Source: Tubiluchus corallicola (taxonomy: Eukaryota; Animalia; Priapulida). From it: DNA of 64,000 nt. The stretch covers positions 62,001 to 126,000 of the forward strand of contig JAQGDQ010000229.1 in the NCBI GenBank assembly GCA_030141605.1, given 5' to 3'. The translations under genes and the position numbers were made by a program. The notes beneath the pieces were generated by a model. It was not told the origin of the DNA and made no database searches. It saw only the letters and a program-made list of their open reading frames with translations. Of the stretch, positions 14,047-27,874 are shown piece after piece (the first letter of the stretch is position 1; every line of letters begins with the position of its first letter).

Positions 14047-14332
14047 CAGTGCCGGATTTAGGTACAAGCTAAATAAGTTACAGCTTAGGCCCTCACAACC
14101 TGCATGGGCCCCAAGAAGATTCCAGATTGGGTTTTATACTCATTTTTGTAATTAAGTAATAATTATGTAATATTTCAGTCATAAAATAATTTGTATTGTT
14201 CACTTTACTATCAAATAATTAAGCGGCATATATATATTTTCAAGTTTTCTGGGACCAGCTAGTGTTATTTAAAAAAGAGGGCCTCGTGGCTTTATATAGC
14301 GTAGGGTCTCACCGAGCCTAAATCCGGCACAA
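14047..14332. mobile_element. hAT-type MITE
   Basis: TIR cagtgccggatttagg / cctaaatccggcac; 8-bp TSD ttcttagc / ttcttagg (7/8). Confidence 0.75.
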
Positions 14333-15654
14333 TTCTTAGGGTGTTTTTAGATAGCAAAATTAACATTGTTTACAATGCTGCTTTACAGAAAACAGCTTCT
14401 TTCGTGTTCTACATACTGTGACATTTTGAGTCTTTTTTCCAAGAATGGATGGCGGCAACGTGGATAATTAATGTACATACAGTGGCAGTGCGCATATAAA
14501 ACTGCTTATAAATTATGATGCTAATTCGTCTGCCACGTACATTACACCCAACCATATATCATTCCGTCATCAACAGAGCAATAAATTATGATTTTACGTT
14601 ATTTCATAATCCGCATCAGACACAACAATAACACCTGTGCAGGGCTTGTCAGAACATTAGTATCCTTATCTCCTGTCTTATGCGCAGACGGGTTGATGAC
14701 ATTCGAAAACATAACCATTAATATTTCACCATGAAACGGAACGTAGTCGGGGCGGAATTAAGAATCTTAAGAGTAAAAGTTGTGTGACTTTTGTCGATAA
14801 TTGACTATAATCAATTACATCATTGAATGAATCCACCAAACGGAAATCAATAGCAGTTTGTTTGTGACTCAAAAATGTTAACACATTAGAGGTAGTACAC
14901 GTTGTTTGCACTATGTTAGTCGGAACACTAAGAGTGAATCTGCCCCAAATAGGCAAGATCCAGCCTTCGTAACAGCTTTACCCTTGTGAGGTTATAATTG
15001 CCTGTGATAATTCGTCATTGTCGTTTAGCCACATCCAGCTTTCAGCGAAGCCTTCAAGGCTGAGCCAAGTTCACGAGACAGCTAATCAGAGGTAGGTTTA
15101 CAAATAGACGGAAGCGCTTGATACAAAACTTGTATTGTAATAAACTTTTGTAATACAGAAGATGACATTAAAAAGTAAAACGTTTATGGGTTGAAACCGA
15201 CTCAGAACATTAAATCTGGGACGAAGTAATTTATCACTTATTTAATTTTTGTTAAAAGTTCCAATTTTTGTGTACGTTGTTGCACGTACTTTTATTGTTT
15301 TAATTCTTATTGTACGTAGTTTTTATTTATTTGTGTCAGTGTTTGTTTTTATTGTCAATTGGACCGAAATAAAATATACTAATAAATAGCAGGGAGGTGA
15401 CGAGTGTATGTTTAGCCACCGAAATTAAGCTGTGCTGAGGCGATCAGTAAATGGATGAACTTCCACCGAGTTCAATACACGTTTTAGATTGGATTCATTT
15501 GTTATACTGATTCTGGACGTTTCAGCCGTTAAGGGAGATGCATTTACATCCGAACCCAACTAAAATACTGTCAATTTGGGTGTCACACTTTGGGGGATTT
15601 GAGGAAGAACTAGTACTTGTTTTACTATTATCATCTAGGTTAGGTTGTTTCTGC

Positions 15655-15860
15655 TACACAGCACAGCACAACACAACACAACACAACACAGCACAAGACA
15701 AAACAACACAAGACAGCACAATGTAACATAACGCAATACAACACAATGCAACACAACACAACACAAAGCAATGCAATACAATGCAATGCAATACAATGCA
15801 ATACAATATAACACAATACAACACGACACAATACAGCAAAATACAAAATGCAAAGCAACA
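15655..15860. repeat. Degenerate pentanucleotide repeat (CAACA/CAATA/CAATG)n
   Basis: Direct reading. Confidence 0.9.
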
Positions 15861-18518
15861 GTAAATATCTGCAAAGTGTACCAGTAATTTTTGTAATAGC
15901 TCTTTTATTTATTTACAACTTATTTCATTCTTCTGCACCTTCGAACATATATAGCCGCATCTGGAATGTTTATTTGGTACTTTATTATATTATTTTTATT
16001 ACGTAATAAATGAATGCGGAAATAAAAATAAAATTCTCACATTCTAAATTCTCTCAACACATAACGGTCAGCACAAATACGATTATCATATCTCTTATGA
16101 GCAAGGCCGGATTATGATTTTTTGAGGCCCCTAGGATAACGAAATTATGGGTCCCCTCAGATGGGGCCACCCTCTTACCTCGCCGGCACCCGTCTTGAAT
16201 ATTTTTTACTCGTGATATATTTTAGCGACATTTATATAGCTTGAACTGAAGTAAACTTGTTGCAAATTCTCTATATAAACTAGAGCAGCTTTGTCAATAA
16301 AATACTCTTCAAAAATACCACTATTTCACCAGTTATTGCAAACCAAATTAGTACATATTTCCACTCAACCATGCGGAATTTTTTTTACCAAATGTTATCA
16401 AATCTTGAGGCCCCTAGACAGACAAAAAATTTTAGCATGACGTCACAGGCATCTCGCCCAGTGTTGCTTTATTATTGCAGCCAAATTTTTATTTCCTGAT
16501 TATTCCTGCTTTTAAATGTCTCACTGTCAGGGCTGCCTTTTGCCTCTGAAAAGTGTATTTTACGTTACCAGAATAGTTGATTCATATGTGATAGGCGTGA
16601 TCGACGAGAAAGAAGCTGGAGTTACTCAAGGGCTCAGCATTAGCTAGAGTTTGCTCCCAACAGTTTACAGATTACTGTCTTGAGATCGAGCACGGTATAC
16701 CCACTGACTTAAAATCAAGCGTAAGGTTCGACCAAAACTTAGCGAAAAATAACCAAAATTTACTGGTATTCCTTTCGCCTTCCCGTTGAGTAGAGGACAC
16801 GTAGAATCACTGGAAATAAAATCATTATGTAAATTATGAACAAAAGTTTTGAGCTGTGCAAGTCCCAACTAAGTATAGTTTTATCTGCAATGTTTTTGTG
16901 AGTTACAATAGTAAAACTAAAAAAATTATCATCATTCAAAAATGCACGAAAATTGCAGGAAATATCTGTAATAATTCAGCAACTCCTATTCTAGGTTAAA
17001 TATTGTAATAGTTTTCATGAAATTTAGCCAAAACAATTAATCACCATTGTTACGTTTAGATGTATTACTTGATTATAATTGGCAGTCTATGATGTACAGT
17101 CTGGTGTAATTTGGGTAAATTCAGCGAGAAAAATCCTTCGGTAGGGTTTTTACTTGCATTTTCCCACTCGCATACACTGTTCAATGTGCTAGAGATATCA
17201 GTGACGCCACGTCAAAACTAATACAGCTTATTTTTGCCTGTATAAGCTTTTCGTCAGTTTTTAAATATGATATAGTTATCAGCAACATCTAAAGTGCATT
17301 TTGACACCTAGTCATATTTTGCCTTCAGCACTGCATTAAATTGATTATTTTCTCCGATAGCTAATAAATGCACGAATTATGAACCTTTACCACTTAAGTC
17401 TACCCAAACCCGCTCTCTAATGTGCAAAAATACTAAAGAAATATTTGTAATTTACACCGCACTGTGCTCCTTGTTCTTATAAATAAGTATACTTAATAAG
17501 TTCAAATAGCGTTCTTTCTTTAATGCCCCATCACCGAATAGAAAAATTGCTGTCATCTCTGCATCGTTTAGCTAATTTATTAGTCCACACTAAACAACAC
17601 CTTATACAATCACCACATTCAAGTCTATTTAAACGATCAACCCAAGTTTTCTCTTTATCAAAGCTCCAACGCATATTACACACTTATCAACGTAATTTTG
17701 GAGACAGGCGTTCTGCCATCTCTCTGCGCCCCCAGCTCCCTCCTAGCTCCCCTTCCACCCACACAAGAAGCTGTCCGCACGGCGCGTTGCACTAACCAGA
17801 TCCGACATCACAATAACAGGCTAACAACTGAATAACTCGAGAATCACCCTGAATTTAATCTCATGTCATCTTGTTGATAAGCGCCTGACAGAAGACACAA
17901 TCAGATTAATACAGGCAAAGCTGAATGGTTGGCAGTGTTTCTAAGTTAAGTCAACACCAATGTGAACTGTTTGTATCACTGCTATTGGTGTGTCCAAGAA
18001 CTGTTTTAATTCTTGCAATTCGATTCGTCGAAAGTTCGATAGTGTTTGAGAGATCAGTAATAAAAGAAGCCTATTGGGAGAAAAAATGAAGAGTAAATGT
18101 TAGGGTTGTTTTTTTCTTAAAGGACAAGAAAACACTCTTCATAAATAAAACTTAAAAAATTCGTCTTGACATTTTCTATCACTTAAATATTGTCTTCTTC
18201 CATACAAGCTGCGTTTGCAGTAACGCTCTATAAAATTGATAAATGTAAACTCCCGCGATGACCGTTATGCGTAGGCATTCTAACAAGAGATATTTTGAAA
18301 CAAGTTAGATAACAATACCTATTGACATTCACCAACTAAGCAAAAGGTCTGAATTACTTTATATTGGCAATATAAGATCAGTAATATGATCTTGGTGAAT
18401 CAGCGGTGCACAATCGGATGGCGATACAGTGCCATTTTACCAGTTGGCTCAAACATTTTAAGTTATTGAGAATTTTCTTTTCCAACTTTGTATGGAAAGT
18501 TTTTTTTCTTGGAATAGG

Positions 18519-18582
18519 TATATATATATATATATATAGCCTGACACAAATAGACAACCAAAAATGCTGTTATATATATATT

Positions 18583-18628
<46 letters not shown>
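18519..18628. repeat. Interrupted (TA)n microsatellite
   Basis: Direct reading. Confidence 0.9.
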
Positions 18629-18632
<4 letters not shown>

Positions 18633-19470
18633 GATATTATATATGTGTCAGGAAATAGGTATTATCTAAGCCATTCACAACGTTAATAATTTATAAGTTG
18701 TGGTAGTTATGCTCACGCCAGTAATTTTAACCACATATGATTCGAATGAAAGGTACAATAACCTTTGGCTCCATATTAATGAAAGTTTATTAGTTTCATA
18801 ATGATTGCTTTCAATTATATTCATTCATTGTATCAAATTTTCAAAGATCATGTAATGCGGGGCATAGAGAGACGCTATATATAGACAACCAAAAATGATG
18901 TTACTTTTTGTTATGTTTGGTCAATTATTTTAGATCCATTCTATACATTTTATAATTTTATATAAATTTATTATTTTAGAGTGCAATGTATGAATTGTAA
19001 TTACTTTAAAGTGCTCTTTCGCGTACAAATGGATAGAACGCCATAAAAATGTAAATAAACTGAAACTTAAAACCCTAAACCTACCATACTAATTTCCTTT
19101 CATTGGTAATTGTCAAAAACCTTATAATCACAAGCTACTTTTTCTACATCGTTATAGGCCAAAACTAATAACATAAGCGTAAGAAACTTCGAGAAATTTA
19201 ATTCTATGTGCATATTTGAACTTATTTACTTCGTACTAGCGTCACTTGCTACAAGATACGCACAGTGGCGTGAACAGTGTGATGGATATCTGAAAAGTAT
19301 TGGGACAAGAAAGAAGAATTACCATCAGGCGAAGACCTTGTAGCTAAAACTTACATTACAAGTCTTTCTTGATGACGACCCAACTCAAATAAGCCTAGAA
19401 GTTTCTGGAAGATCATATTTGTCGCAATCCGTTATTTGTTCGTCACAGCATAATTGAGTCTCCTCAGCTG

Positions 19471-19879
19471 TCTTCTCTTCTCTTTTCTTCTCTTCCCATC
19501 TCTTCTCCTGTCCTCTCCTTTCTTCTCCTCACTTCTCCACTTCTCTCCTCTCCTCTTCTCTCCTCTCCTTTCCTCTCCTCTCCTCTCTCTTCTGTTCTCT
19601 TCTCTTCTCTTTTCTTCTCTTCTGTTCTCTTCTCTTCTCTTCTCTTCTCTTCTCTTCTCTTCTCTTCTCTTCTCTTCTCTTCTCTTCTCTTCTCTTCTCT
19701 TCTCTTCTCTTCTCTTCTCTTCTCTTCTCTTCTCTTCTCTTCTCTTCTCTTCTCTTCTCTTCTCTTCTCTTGTCTTTTCTTCTCTTCTCTTCTCCTCTCT
19801 TCTCTTCTCTTCTCGTCTCTTCTTTTCTCCTCTCCTCTGCTCTCCTCTCTTCTCTTCTCTTCTCCTCTCCCTCTTTCCT
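19471..19879. repeat. (CTTCT)n pentanucleotide repeat
   Basis: Direct reading; flanked by the direct repeat taattgagtct. Confidence 0.95.
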
Positions 19880-20847
19880 GATTGTCTGTCTAATTGAGTC
19901 TTTGCGCTTAAGTATTGTAACTGTAAATCACTTTCACTTGTATTTTACACTTATAGTATAACTTTCGGTTGCAAATACATCGACGTTTTGTATGTATTTA
20001 TGTTATCAAATGTATAGACTTAATAAAAATAAAATCCATTCTTTTCGTCTCTCCTTTCTCCTGCCTCCTCTCCACTCCTTTCCTCTCGCTGATTTTTGCA
20101 CCAACCATTTGTCACTGTGCCACTGAGTGTGTCTAGAAACGCCCCAGGCCTCACCACCTGATGTTCCTCTTTTTGTTCCGCCGAGCAGGTTTCTCTCTGG
20201 ACGCGACATCAAACGCACATTTGTTAGGGATTCAGCCGGAATCGCAGCAGCAGAAACTCGTGTTGAATATTATAGACGTTATAAATGAGAGAATGAGGAT
20301 CGTTACGGCTGGAGAAACGAGACATGTCACAGCAACTTATTCAGTTCAGATTTATCATGATTGCCCTGTCAGAACCGTATCATCAGTAATATCCCAGCTG
20401 TCAAGGGCGCTATATGATGGGTGGCGATGACGAGACGCATGGCCAGGCAGGAGCTAGGGGCGATACCATATTTTCCTATAAAATTATTTTTTTTCTTATA
20501 ATTCTGCAGAATTTTCACCAGTTTTTAGTTACGACACTAGTCAATAAGAAGTAAGCTCTGTTCCGGGTTTCTTAACAAAGTTACAATAAAACGTGACTTT
20601 TATAATTTTGAATGCTAAAACAATGAAAAAAATGAGTGCCAATTGTATATGGAACTATATTAAAATTAATGACTATAAGCCATCGAGAAAAATCATGGCA
20701 AGACTTCATTTGACTCCCTTTCTCTCTCCCCCCTCCCCATCTCTCATATATATAATTATATACTTTTCGTTTTTTCCCTTGCCTTCTTCGTCATTAATTT
20801 CCCTCTCTGAATTTGCAGGGTGATTTACTTATGCAGTTTCTGTTATA

Positions 20848-21415
20848 AAGAAGAGGAAAAAGAAAAGACTGAAAGAAGGAGAAAAAGGAAGAAAAACAGA
20901 AAAAAGATGGCAAGGGCAGGTCAGACAGATGAATCATCTCGGTCAGACACAGTGACAAACAACAGACAGACAGAGAGAGAAAGAATGAAGAAAGTGAAGA
21001 ATAAGGCAGAAAGAAAGAAAAAAGAAAGAAGACATGAAGAAAAGAAGGAAGAAGACAGGAAAAAATAAAAGCAAGAAACGTGGGGCTACCAGGCACATTA
21101 CGAAAGAAGCAGAAAAGTAAGAAACAAAGAAGAAAGCAAGGAGGAAAAAGGCGTAAAAATGGGAAAAGAAAGAAGGAAACGAAGGAAGACAAAAAGAATG
21201 AGAAAAACAAAGACGAAGGAGAAAGCCTAGAGACGAAAGACAGAAGAAAAGGAGAATAAAGAAACAACAAAAAAAAAGAAAAAAGAAAGAGAAAACAAAC
21301 GAAAAGAAAAAAGACGTGAAAAGCAAAGGAAGGAAAAGAAAAGGAAAGGAAAAAAGGCAAGAAAAGAAAAGAAAGAAATGGAAAAGGAAAGAAATGAAAA
21401 AGAAAAGGGAGAATA
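20848..21415. repeat. Purine-rich low-complexity tract (degenerate GAAA/GAA)
   Basis: Direct reading. Confidence 0.85.
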
Positions 21416-21858
21416 TACAATTTACACCAGCAAAAACATACGGTGAGTAAGGGTTAAATTATACGGCAGTCACGATACTGGCAGTCAGGAAGAGTTATAG
21501 ACAATAATGGTTGTCTCTTGGTCATTTATTCCGATTACGAGGAGCATATATCACTGGGCGTTGATCTGTCTGTCAAGTTTCAGGCTATTCTCTACCTTAC
21601 TTGTGCAGAATACTAAATAATGAATGAATCTTAATAACACAGAAGAATACAAACGTCATCTGTCCTATGTAAAATGGTGTTTATTTAAATGACATTTTTC
21701 ACTTTTTGCACTTTGTCGCGCTATTAGTCTCCGAAGTTCTATTTTTAGTCAATGAATTAGAAACATATACATAGGAAACTGAAAAAAATCAGTGTGATAG
21801 TTAAATGTAGGTTTTGAATTTATATCTATACATTAAAATGATTTGCTATAAACACTAG

Positions 21859-21874
21859 GAGAGAGAAAGAAAGT

Positions 21875-21968
<94 letters not shown>

Positions 21969-21970
21969 AG
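21859..21970. repeat. (GA)n microsatellite
   Basis: Direct reading. Confidence 0.95.
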
Positions 21971-21989
21971 AAAAATATAGTTCGAATGA

Positions 21990-22690
21990 CTCACTGAACT
22001 CGAGACTGCGAATCAAAAATCTGACTCCGTCAATAGGTGAAATTTGTTCTAGCACATGATATTCGTTTGCAGTGAGAGGTAAAGATTTAATTAGGTTTTT
22101 AGGTTCTCTAGAAAACGACGTCAATGCTGTCATCTTGAATTCAATTCCGATTCAGTCGGTCAATGCGAAATTCATTCTAGCATGTTCTTCTCAAATTTCA
22201 TGATGATTCATTGCGAATTGTTGGAAAACGATGTTATCACTACCAATTTCAATTCAAACGGCAGACCGAAAATCGTACTTTGTAAGTGAATATGGAGTTT
22301 GTTCGGGTATATTCCCATAAAGTTTTATGACGACCCCTGTGAACCTTTTGCTTTTCTCGAATGTTATCCACCACCGTTTTGAATTCAAAAATGACGGAAA
22401 AAATCCGACTTCGTCTGTCGGTGCGGAATTTATTCCAATATATTCCTAAAAACGTTGCGTGGCGAGCGATTGACAGGCTATTTTCGAAAATGATGTTATT
22501 GCCGCCATCTTGAATTCAAAATGGCAGTTCGAAAATCCGAATCCTCTGGTCGATGCACCATTCGTTCTAGAAAGCCATGTTTCATGACGATCCGTTGCAA
22601 ATTAGCGGAATCTTAGAATTTGTTTTCAAAAGATCATTCCCAACAAGAACAACAACAACATATAAGTACCGATTTGGGTCGAGCCTCCTA
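21990..22690. repeat. Degenerate ~125-bp tandem array (about 5 units), probably inside a Helentron/HINE-like element
   Basis: Recurring gccgccatcttgaattcaaaatgg...aaaatccga...tttcatgacga blocks; ends in aacaagaacaacaacaac. Confidence 0.5.
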
Positions 22691-23693
22691 TTAATTAAAG
22701 TATTTCCTTTCATTACACAACATCATAACATCATCAGTATGAAAAGAGCATTAGAATTCCAGCTATCAATACAGCTATAAGCTGCTGGTTTATACACTCA
22801 TCCTGAAGCTTACAGAACTCGGTAACTGTTAGAGATAAAGCTCTCTAAGCTCACAGATTTAGATCTTTCAAAGATAAGAATGACTAAACTCTACAGGGAG
22901 TTGGCTTGGAATCATTAAAACATTTGTTACTTGTAAGCCAAGAAGTGGAAAGGAAAAGATATTTCGGAGCATTAATGAAAAAAAATCCCTCAACCAAGAA
23001 AGGAGGATAAAAACACTACGTTTCAGACTACCGCTGCAGATTTTTTTAGGTGAAAAAAAGCAAAAAATCACATGGAATTACTAATGCTAAGCTTTCTTGG
23101 GAGTTTGTTTATTTATGGTTAACACATAAGGAAGTCAAACTTAACAAGGGTGCAATCACAGGGGAAAATGTTAGCAATACATAAAAAAACTCCCTCAGTA
23201 TATATTCTATGCGATATTTTTTCTTCTTAACCTGAAGGTAAAATACAGCAGTAGTTAGAAACGTTGTGTTTTTTCTCCTTTCTTGATTGTGTTTCTCTTT
23301 CGTTAATAATCACTGTTCTTGTTATTAAGAATATAATTTGTGCTGTTTCTCAGCATTTTAGTTTTAATGCGGAACCCGTAAATCGGTGTTTGAAAACTGC
23401 CGTGAGACAAGGTATCCATGAAATAGAAAATTACGACGTGGCTAAAGTTTGCCAACAAACGTCTTATAATTCGTAATCCTATTATTCTCGGGTTCTCGGG
23501 GGGGGGGGGACATCCTGTGTCAAGAAAATGAAATTCCATTTACATGTTCTGGGCGGCACAACAAGCTAGCCCTGAGTAATATGATGGCAGAGACAGAATG
23601 TCTCGGAAGGACACGGAGTTTTTTCACATATACGTCCATTCAGGCGTTTCAACATTTTGGAAGCAAACTAAAACTACTGGAGACTGACCAGGT

Positions 23694-23777
23694 AAATGAA
23701 ATACCATTCATGGCTTTTAATGAAATGAAATACCATTCTTGGATTTTAAGGAAATGAAATACCATTCATGGATTTTA
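23694..23777. repeat. 29-bp minisatellite, ~3 copies
   Basis: aaatgaaataccattcatggMttttaa repeated three times. Confidence 0.85.
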
Positions 23778-24489
23778 AAAAAATGAACACGTTATTACGT
23801 CGAAGTGCAGTTGCCGGGAGGATTTTATACAAAAAAAGATTAAATTAAAAGTATGGTATGTTATTTGCTTATACTCGTAGCTCCACATGCATCCTATAGA
23901 AGAACTCAGCCACGCCCCCCCCACCCAAGTTAAAATGTGGATGAGCGTCGAAGCCGTAAGATGTTTATCACTCAAGCTAGCTGAGCTGACAGCAACGCTT
24001 AAAGCAGTTAACAGGATTTGGTAAAATGGACAGGCTTTCTCTTGACGCAGATCCTTTTGTTTAGTTTTTCCGTTTTCATAAAAGTTGTTGAAATGATAGC
24101 TGCGTGTTTCTTAGCAATTTAACAAAACAGAGTGTAAATAACGTATTACTTGGTATGTCAAAAATGTTGTGTAGGTATATAATTATGTTACAGACAATAT
24201 GAAAAAGTTAGACATATTGTAACATTCTTAGGCATTTCATATGACACTTATGCATTTCGGTGTGAAGTAAATATTTTTGCTGCGGTATTTTCATGCTTTA
24301 CCTGGGCATTTTGTAAAAATGTAGCAAATGAGCATAATTCGTTTTAGACGTAACCTTTCCTAGATAATTTGTACATTACCTATAAGATTTGGATAGAATG
24401 CGCAAAACAACTTGATGAATGTATTATTTAAGCAAGCAGTTTAAGTAAGCTTATGACTAAGTTAATTGTCTTATTATTGGCAATGGTTG

Positions 24490-25420
24490 TAACATCTTCG
24501 TCTCTGACAAACCATTTGGCCAGGTGAACCACTTTCCACACCCTGGAAGCCTGCTGTCCAACTAGTGCACTTCCGAATGAGATAGGGATATCAAATTGGA
24601 GCAGCCTATGTGGTCTTTGAGAAACATGCAAAACTGATCTTCAAGACAAATACCTAAACGTAAAAATAAAATTCATTATCTGTCAAACTATCGTCATCTA
24701 AACCTTGCATTATGGCTGTGAAACTTAGATTGAACTCTCCATTATCCTGAGATCAAAGAGTTCGAATTTTACCATCAGCAAAAACTGCATTCCATCCTGA
24801 ACATTTAATGCGACTAGTAAATTCGTAATATTGCCGTCCTCGGAAAAGAAAACAGCCAGAGCATCGAGTCCACCATAATGAAACCACATCAAGAAACCAC
24901 TGGACTATCAGTGACTGTCTTCATTGGACAGGACTTGTCATTAAGAAGCCCGAGACCAGTTTTTTTATTCCTTTAACTTGCAACTGGCAAAAGGCCATGA
25001 GGAACTCAGATGCCCTTTTCGTCGCTACAAAAGAACGAACATCATAGTCAAAACATTGAAAAATCAAGCCCAGCAGCATTCCAGTTGACATCGGGTCATC
25101 CATAATTTCGAAACCAAAAGGAGGAGAAAAAAGAAACACGACAAACTAACAAGATCAAGATTTGAGTAGCTCAACTGCGACCTCATATCTTTCGAATGCC
25201 GTTTGTGTCAACGCATGTTCAAGTGCCAGAATTGGCTTCCAACTTTCCATCATGCAAAGCAACCAATGCCATCTTCGTAAATGAAAAACGGATGTACAGA
25301 CACAGATATTTGAGTACATGATGCCTCGGTACGAAACATTTGAACACAGGTAGTCTTGGCCGATAGGCATTAGGCGAACAGGAGTCTAGGACACAAGAAA
25401 AGGCCAACGAACGAATGAAC
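24490..25420 (+). mobile_element. Decayed RTE-clade LINE fragment (C-terminal part of the reverse transcriptase)
   Basis: Frameshifted translation QVNHFPHPGS..IGAAYVVFEK..TLHYGCET*..HWTGLVIKKPE matches the RTE motifs V..F.YLGS, LLYGCETW, RWAGHV.RM. Confidence 0.7.
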
Positions 25421-25770
25421 GTAATACAAATTTTCAAGCAGGGCTTGTTTCCGATTTAACTTATTGGTTTATTTCACACATTCCGTAAGATATAATTGGT
25501 GTTATATAAAATGACCGGTAAATTTATATTAAAACATCTGAACATTTGTCCTATTTTACATTAACTAATATTTATTAACTTTTGAATTATATACAATTCC
25601 TGGAAAAACAGTAAAAAAATATTTCAGACGTTTTATCTGGTTTATTTTGGCACTTCATAAAAATATGCCTAGTAATTCTATAGAATTCCCGGTTTCACAC
25701 TTTGCCTATAACATGTGCAAAGTGAGAAAACATGTGTAAAATAATGCTACTCTGTTTTGCCTTTCTTGGT

Positions 25771-25990
25771 TATTGCTGCATGCTGCTGCTGCTGTCACTC
25801 CTGCTTCTATAGTTGTTGTTGCTGCAGCTGCTGTTGCTATCACGGTGCAGCTGTTACTGCTAAGGGTACTTTTGTTAACGCTACTGCTACTACTTAACTG
25901 CAATTATCATATTTGTTGTTGTCGTTTTTGTCGTAGCTATTGTTCTTGTTGTGTTGTCGCCGTCAATGTCACTGTCATTGTCAATGTTAA
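25771..25990. repeat. Degenerate (GCT/GTT)n trinucleotide tract
   Basis: Direct reading. Confidence 0.75.
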
Positions 25991-27526
25991 CTTGCGGCTG
26001 CCTTCGCACTGTTGCATCTTCTGTGTCTTGCGCTGGCCCCTTTAGGCGAATATTATCTATAATGTGCTAAGGCTCCACATGATATTGTTGTAGTGCAAGT
26101 TTTTTTACAGGCATACAGGTGTTTCAGTCTTATGCAAATCCCTATGTACCATGCACATTGAAAACATAGGACACTAGTTCTACCTGAAAAAACTTTTATA
26201 AATAGGCGAAGATTGATTCGGTTTTTAATGACAAAAAGCAAAAGCCCAAATATAATATCTTGTTCCATACTATTACTAATTCACCTTCTTTTGCATACTT
26301 TGCTGTGAACGAGTCATTGTTATTCAACAAAGCAAAATGGGAAATCTTGAGTGATCTGGAAAGTTCTTTAAAGTATAATTAATTAACTGTTCGTTAAACC
26401 TGGCTGATAAAATAAATTTAGCCAAGCATTTCTGACTTGAGAGAGAAATTATTTGAGGAATTGCTTTTTTCTTACGTTTGCATTCTAGCAGAATAATTTG
26501 TAAATCTCCAAGAGTCTAACGCTGTACATGCCAAATAAAGAAATTACTAATCAGAAGGTTCATTGCTACGTAAGTAATCCACTCGGCTACGTTGATTCAA
26601 CTTGACATCTTCTTCATTAAAATCATCTTTAATTTGCAACCATTTAAGTGCTTTTTAGAGAGCAGCCATATCCTCGTGGCATGGCTGATCTGATTTCTGA
26701 ACTTCTCTTTTAGAAGAAGTATCTAAAGAAAACATCCTAAAGTTTTTGTATGACTGGCATAGGAGCATTTATAATGGCGCTATTGTTATACTTTAATATC
26801 AAAAAAGTATCTGCCAGGGTGATGTTAGGATTTTTAATTGCTACGTTAAATAACACCTAGTTCCGCCCCTAGCAAGTTTCATTATCGCATCAAATCTTGG
26901 CGCCGCCCGTCTATTTTACCTGTCAGAATTTCAACACTCGCAAACAGACTATGAGCAATTTTGTTAAATTAACAATCTAAGTTTTTGAAGGTTGCCAACA
27001 AAGGTAACACAGACGGCTCAGGTGTTATATGTCAGTTAGAGGCAAAACTCGGCGGGCCCCCGTCTTTGATGTTCGCCGCTTGTCAAACACAATTTTAAAC
27101 TCACCTGTCAGATGGGCGATCAGTTTGACAGTTATAAGGTTGTAGTGCTGGGGAGTTCCGTGCTGTCTGGGTGGGATAGGTAGCATGTCCAGGATGTATG
27201 TATGTGTCTGCAGACCATGTAGTGGGTCGAATCCGGTCGGTCACAAAAATGGGTTTATATATCTTACGAATGGGGTGCGCAGAACGACATTGAGGAACTC
27301 TCACCACACGCTATTGCCTGGGGTGAATAATGGACACACGTAAATTTGTTTTGAGGAATCTACGTTTTACATTATATTATAATTAATGTTGATTCTTCAA
27401 AACTTATTATAATTGTAACTTGAAAAACTTGGCATACATAATTGCTTTGTACATACATAATTCTTGAGAATGGCCATTTCCATGTTGTCTGCGTCTAAAG
27501 GGTCCACTGCTGACTGCTCATTAAGA

Positions 27527-27874
27527 CGAATGTAGTTAAAAACGGTACAGGTTTGTCATTTGTACACTATTGACTATAAATCTATAGAATGAACAAAATA
27601 TTTTGTGAGTCTTTTGCTAGTCTATACCAGTACAGGTACATTTTTGTATGCTTGCTTGTTTATCTTTGTTTTACTTATTTTAATAAAAAAATCAGACAAA
27701 TAAGTTTAATATTGTTCAGCTTTGAAGGAAATGTCTGCTTCCTACTGAAAGCATTCTACTTTTATTATAGAAATCAATTGAAACAAAATAACGTGTGCAA
27801 TTTTTACCTACTTTTCAATTTGTGCCACTTTTCCATTTGTGCTATTTTTACCTGTGCCATTTTTCCCGTGCGCC
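27527..27874 (-). mobile_element. 8-bp-TSD composite element, copy C (internally deleted)
   Basis: cgaatgtag terminus at left, tgtgccatttt repeats and cgtgcgcc terminus at right; flanks cattaaga / cgttgagg (5/8, all mismatches are transitions); includes the HINE 3' end. Confidence 0.6.

Noticed and set aside
15635-15874. Cys-rich ORFs (CCVVL/YCIAL repeats) resembling metallothionein or keratin-associated proteins
   Set aside because: All three minus frames are open because of a pentanucleotide repeat
16103-16420. hAT-like 5' end (caaggccggatt...ggcccc)
   Set aside because: No matching 3' TIR or TSD found, so boundaries cannot be supported
20794-21420. Phe/Leu-rich 208-aa ORF and Lys/Glu/Arg-rich ORF after an acceptor-like ttgcag
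   Set aside because: Purine-rich low-complexity tract; no matching donor or homology
23694-23777. 29-bp direct repeats, considered as CRISPR-like
   Set aside because: Head-to-tail with no spacers, eukaryotic context, no cas genes: a minisatellite
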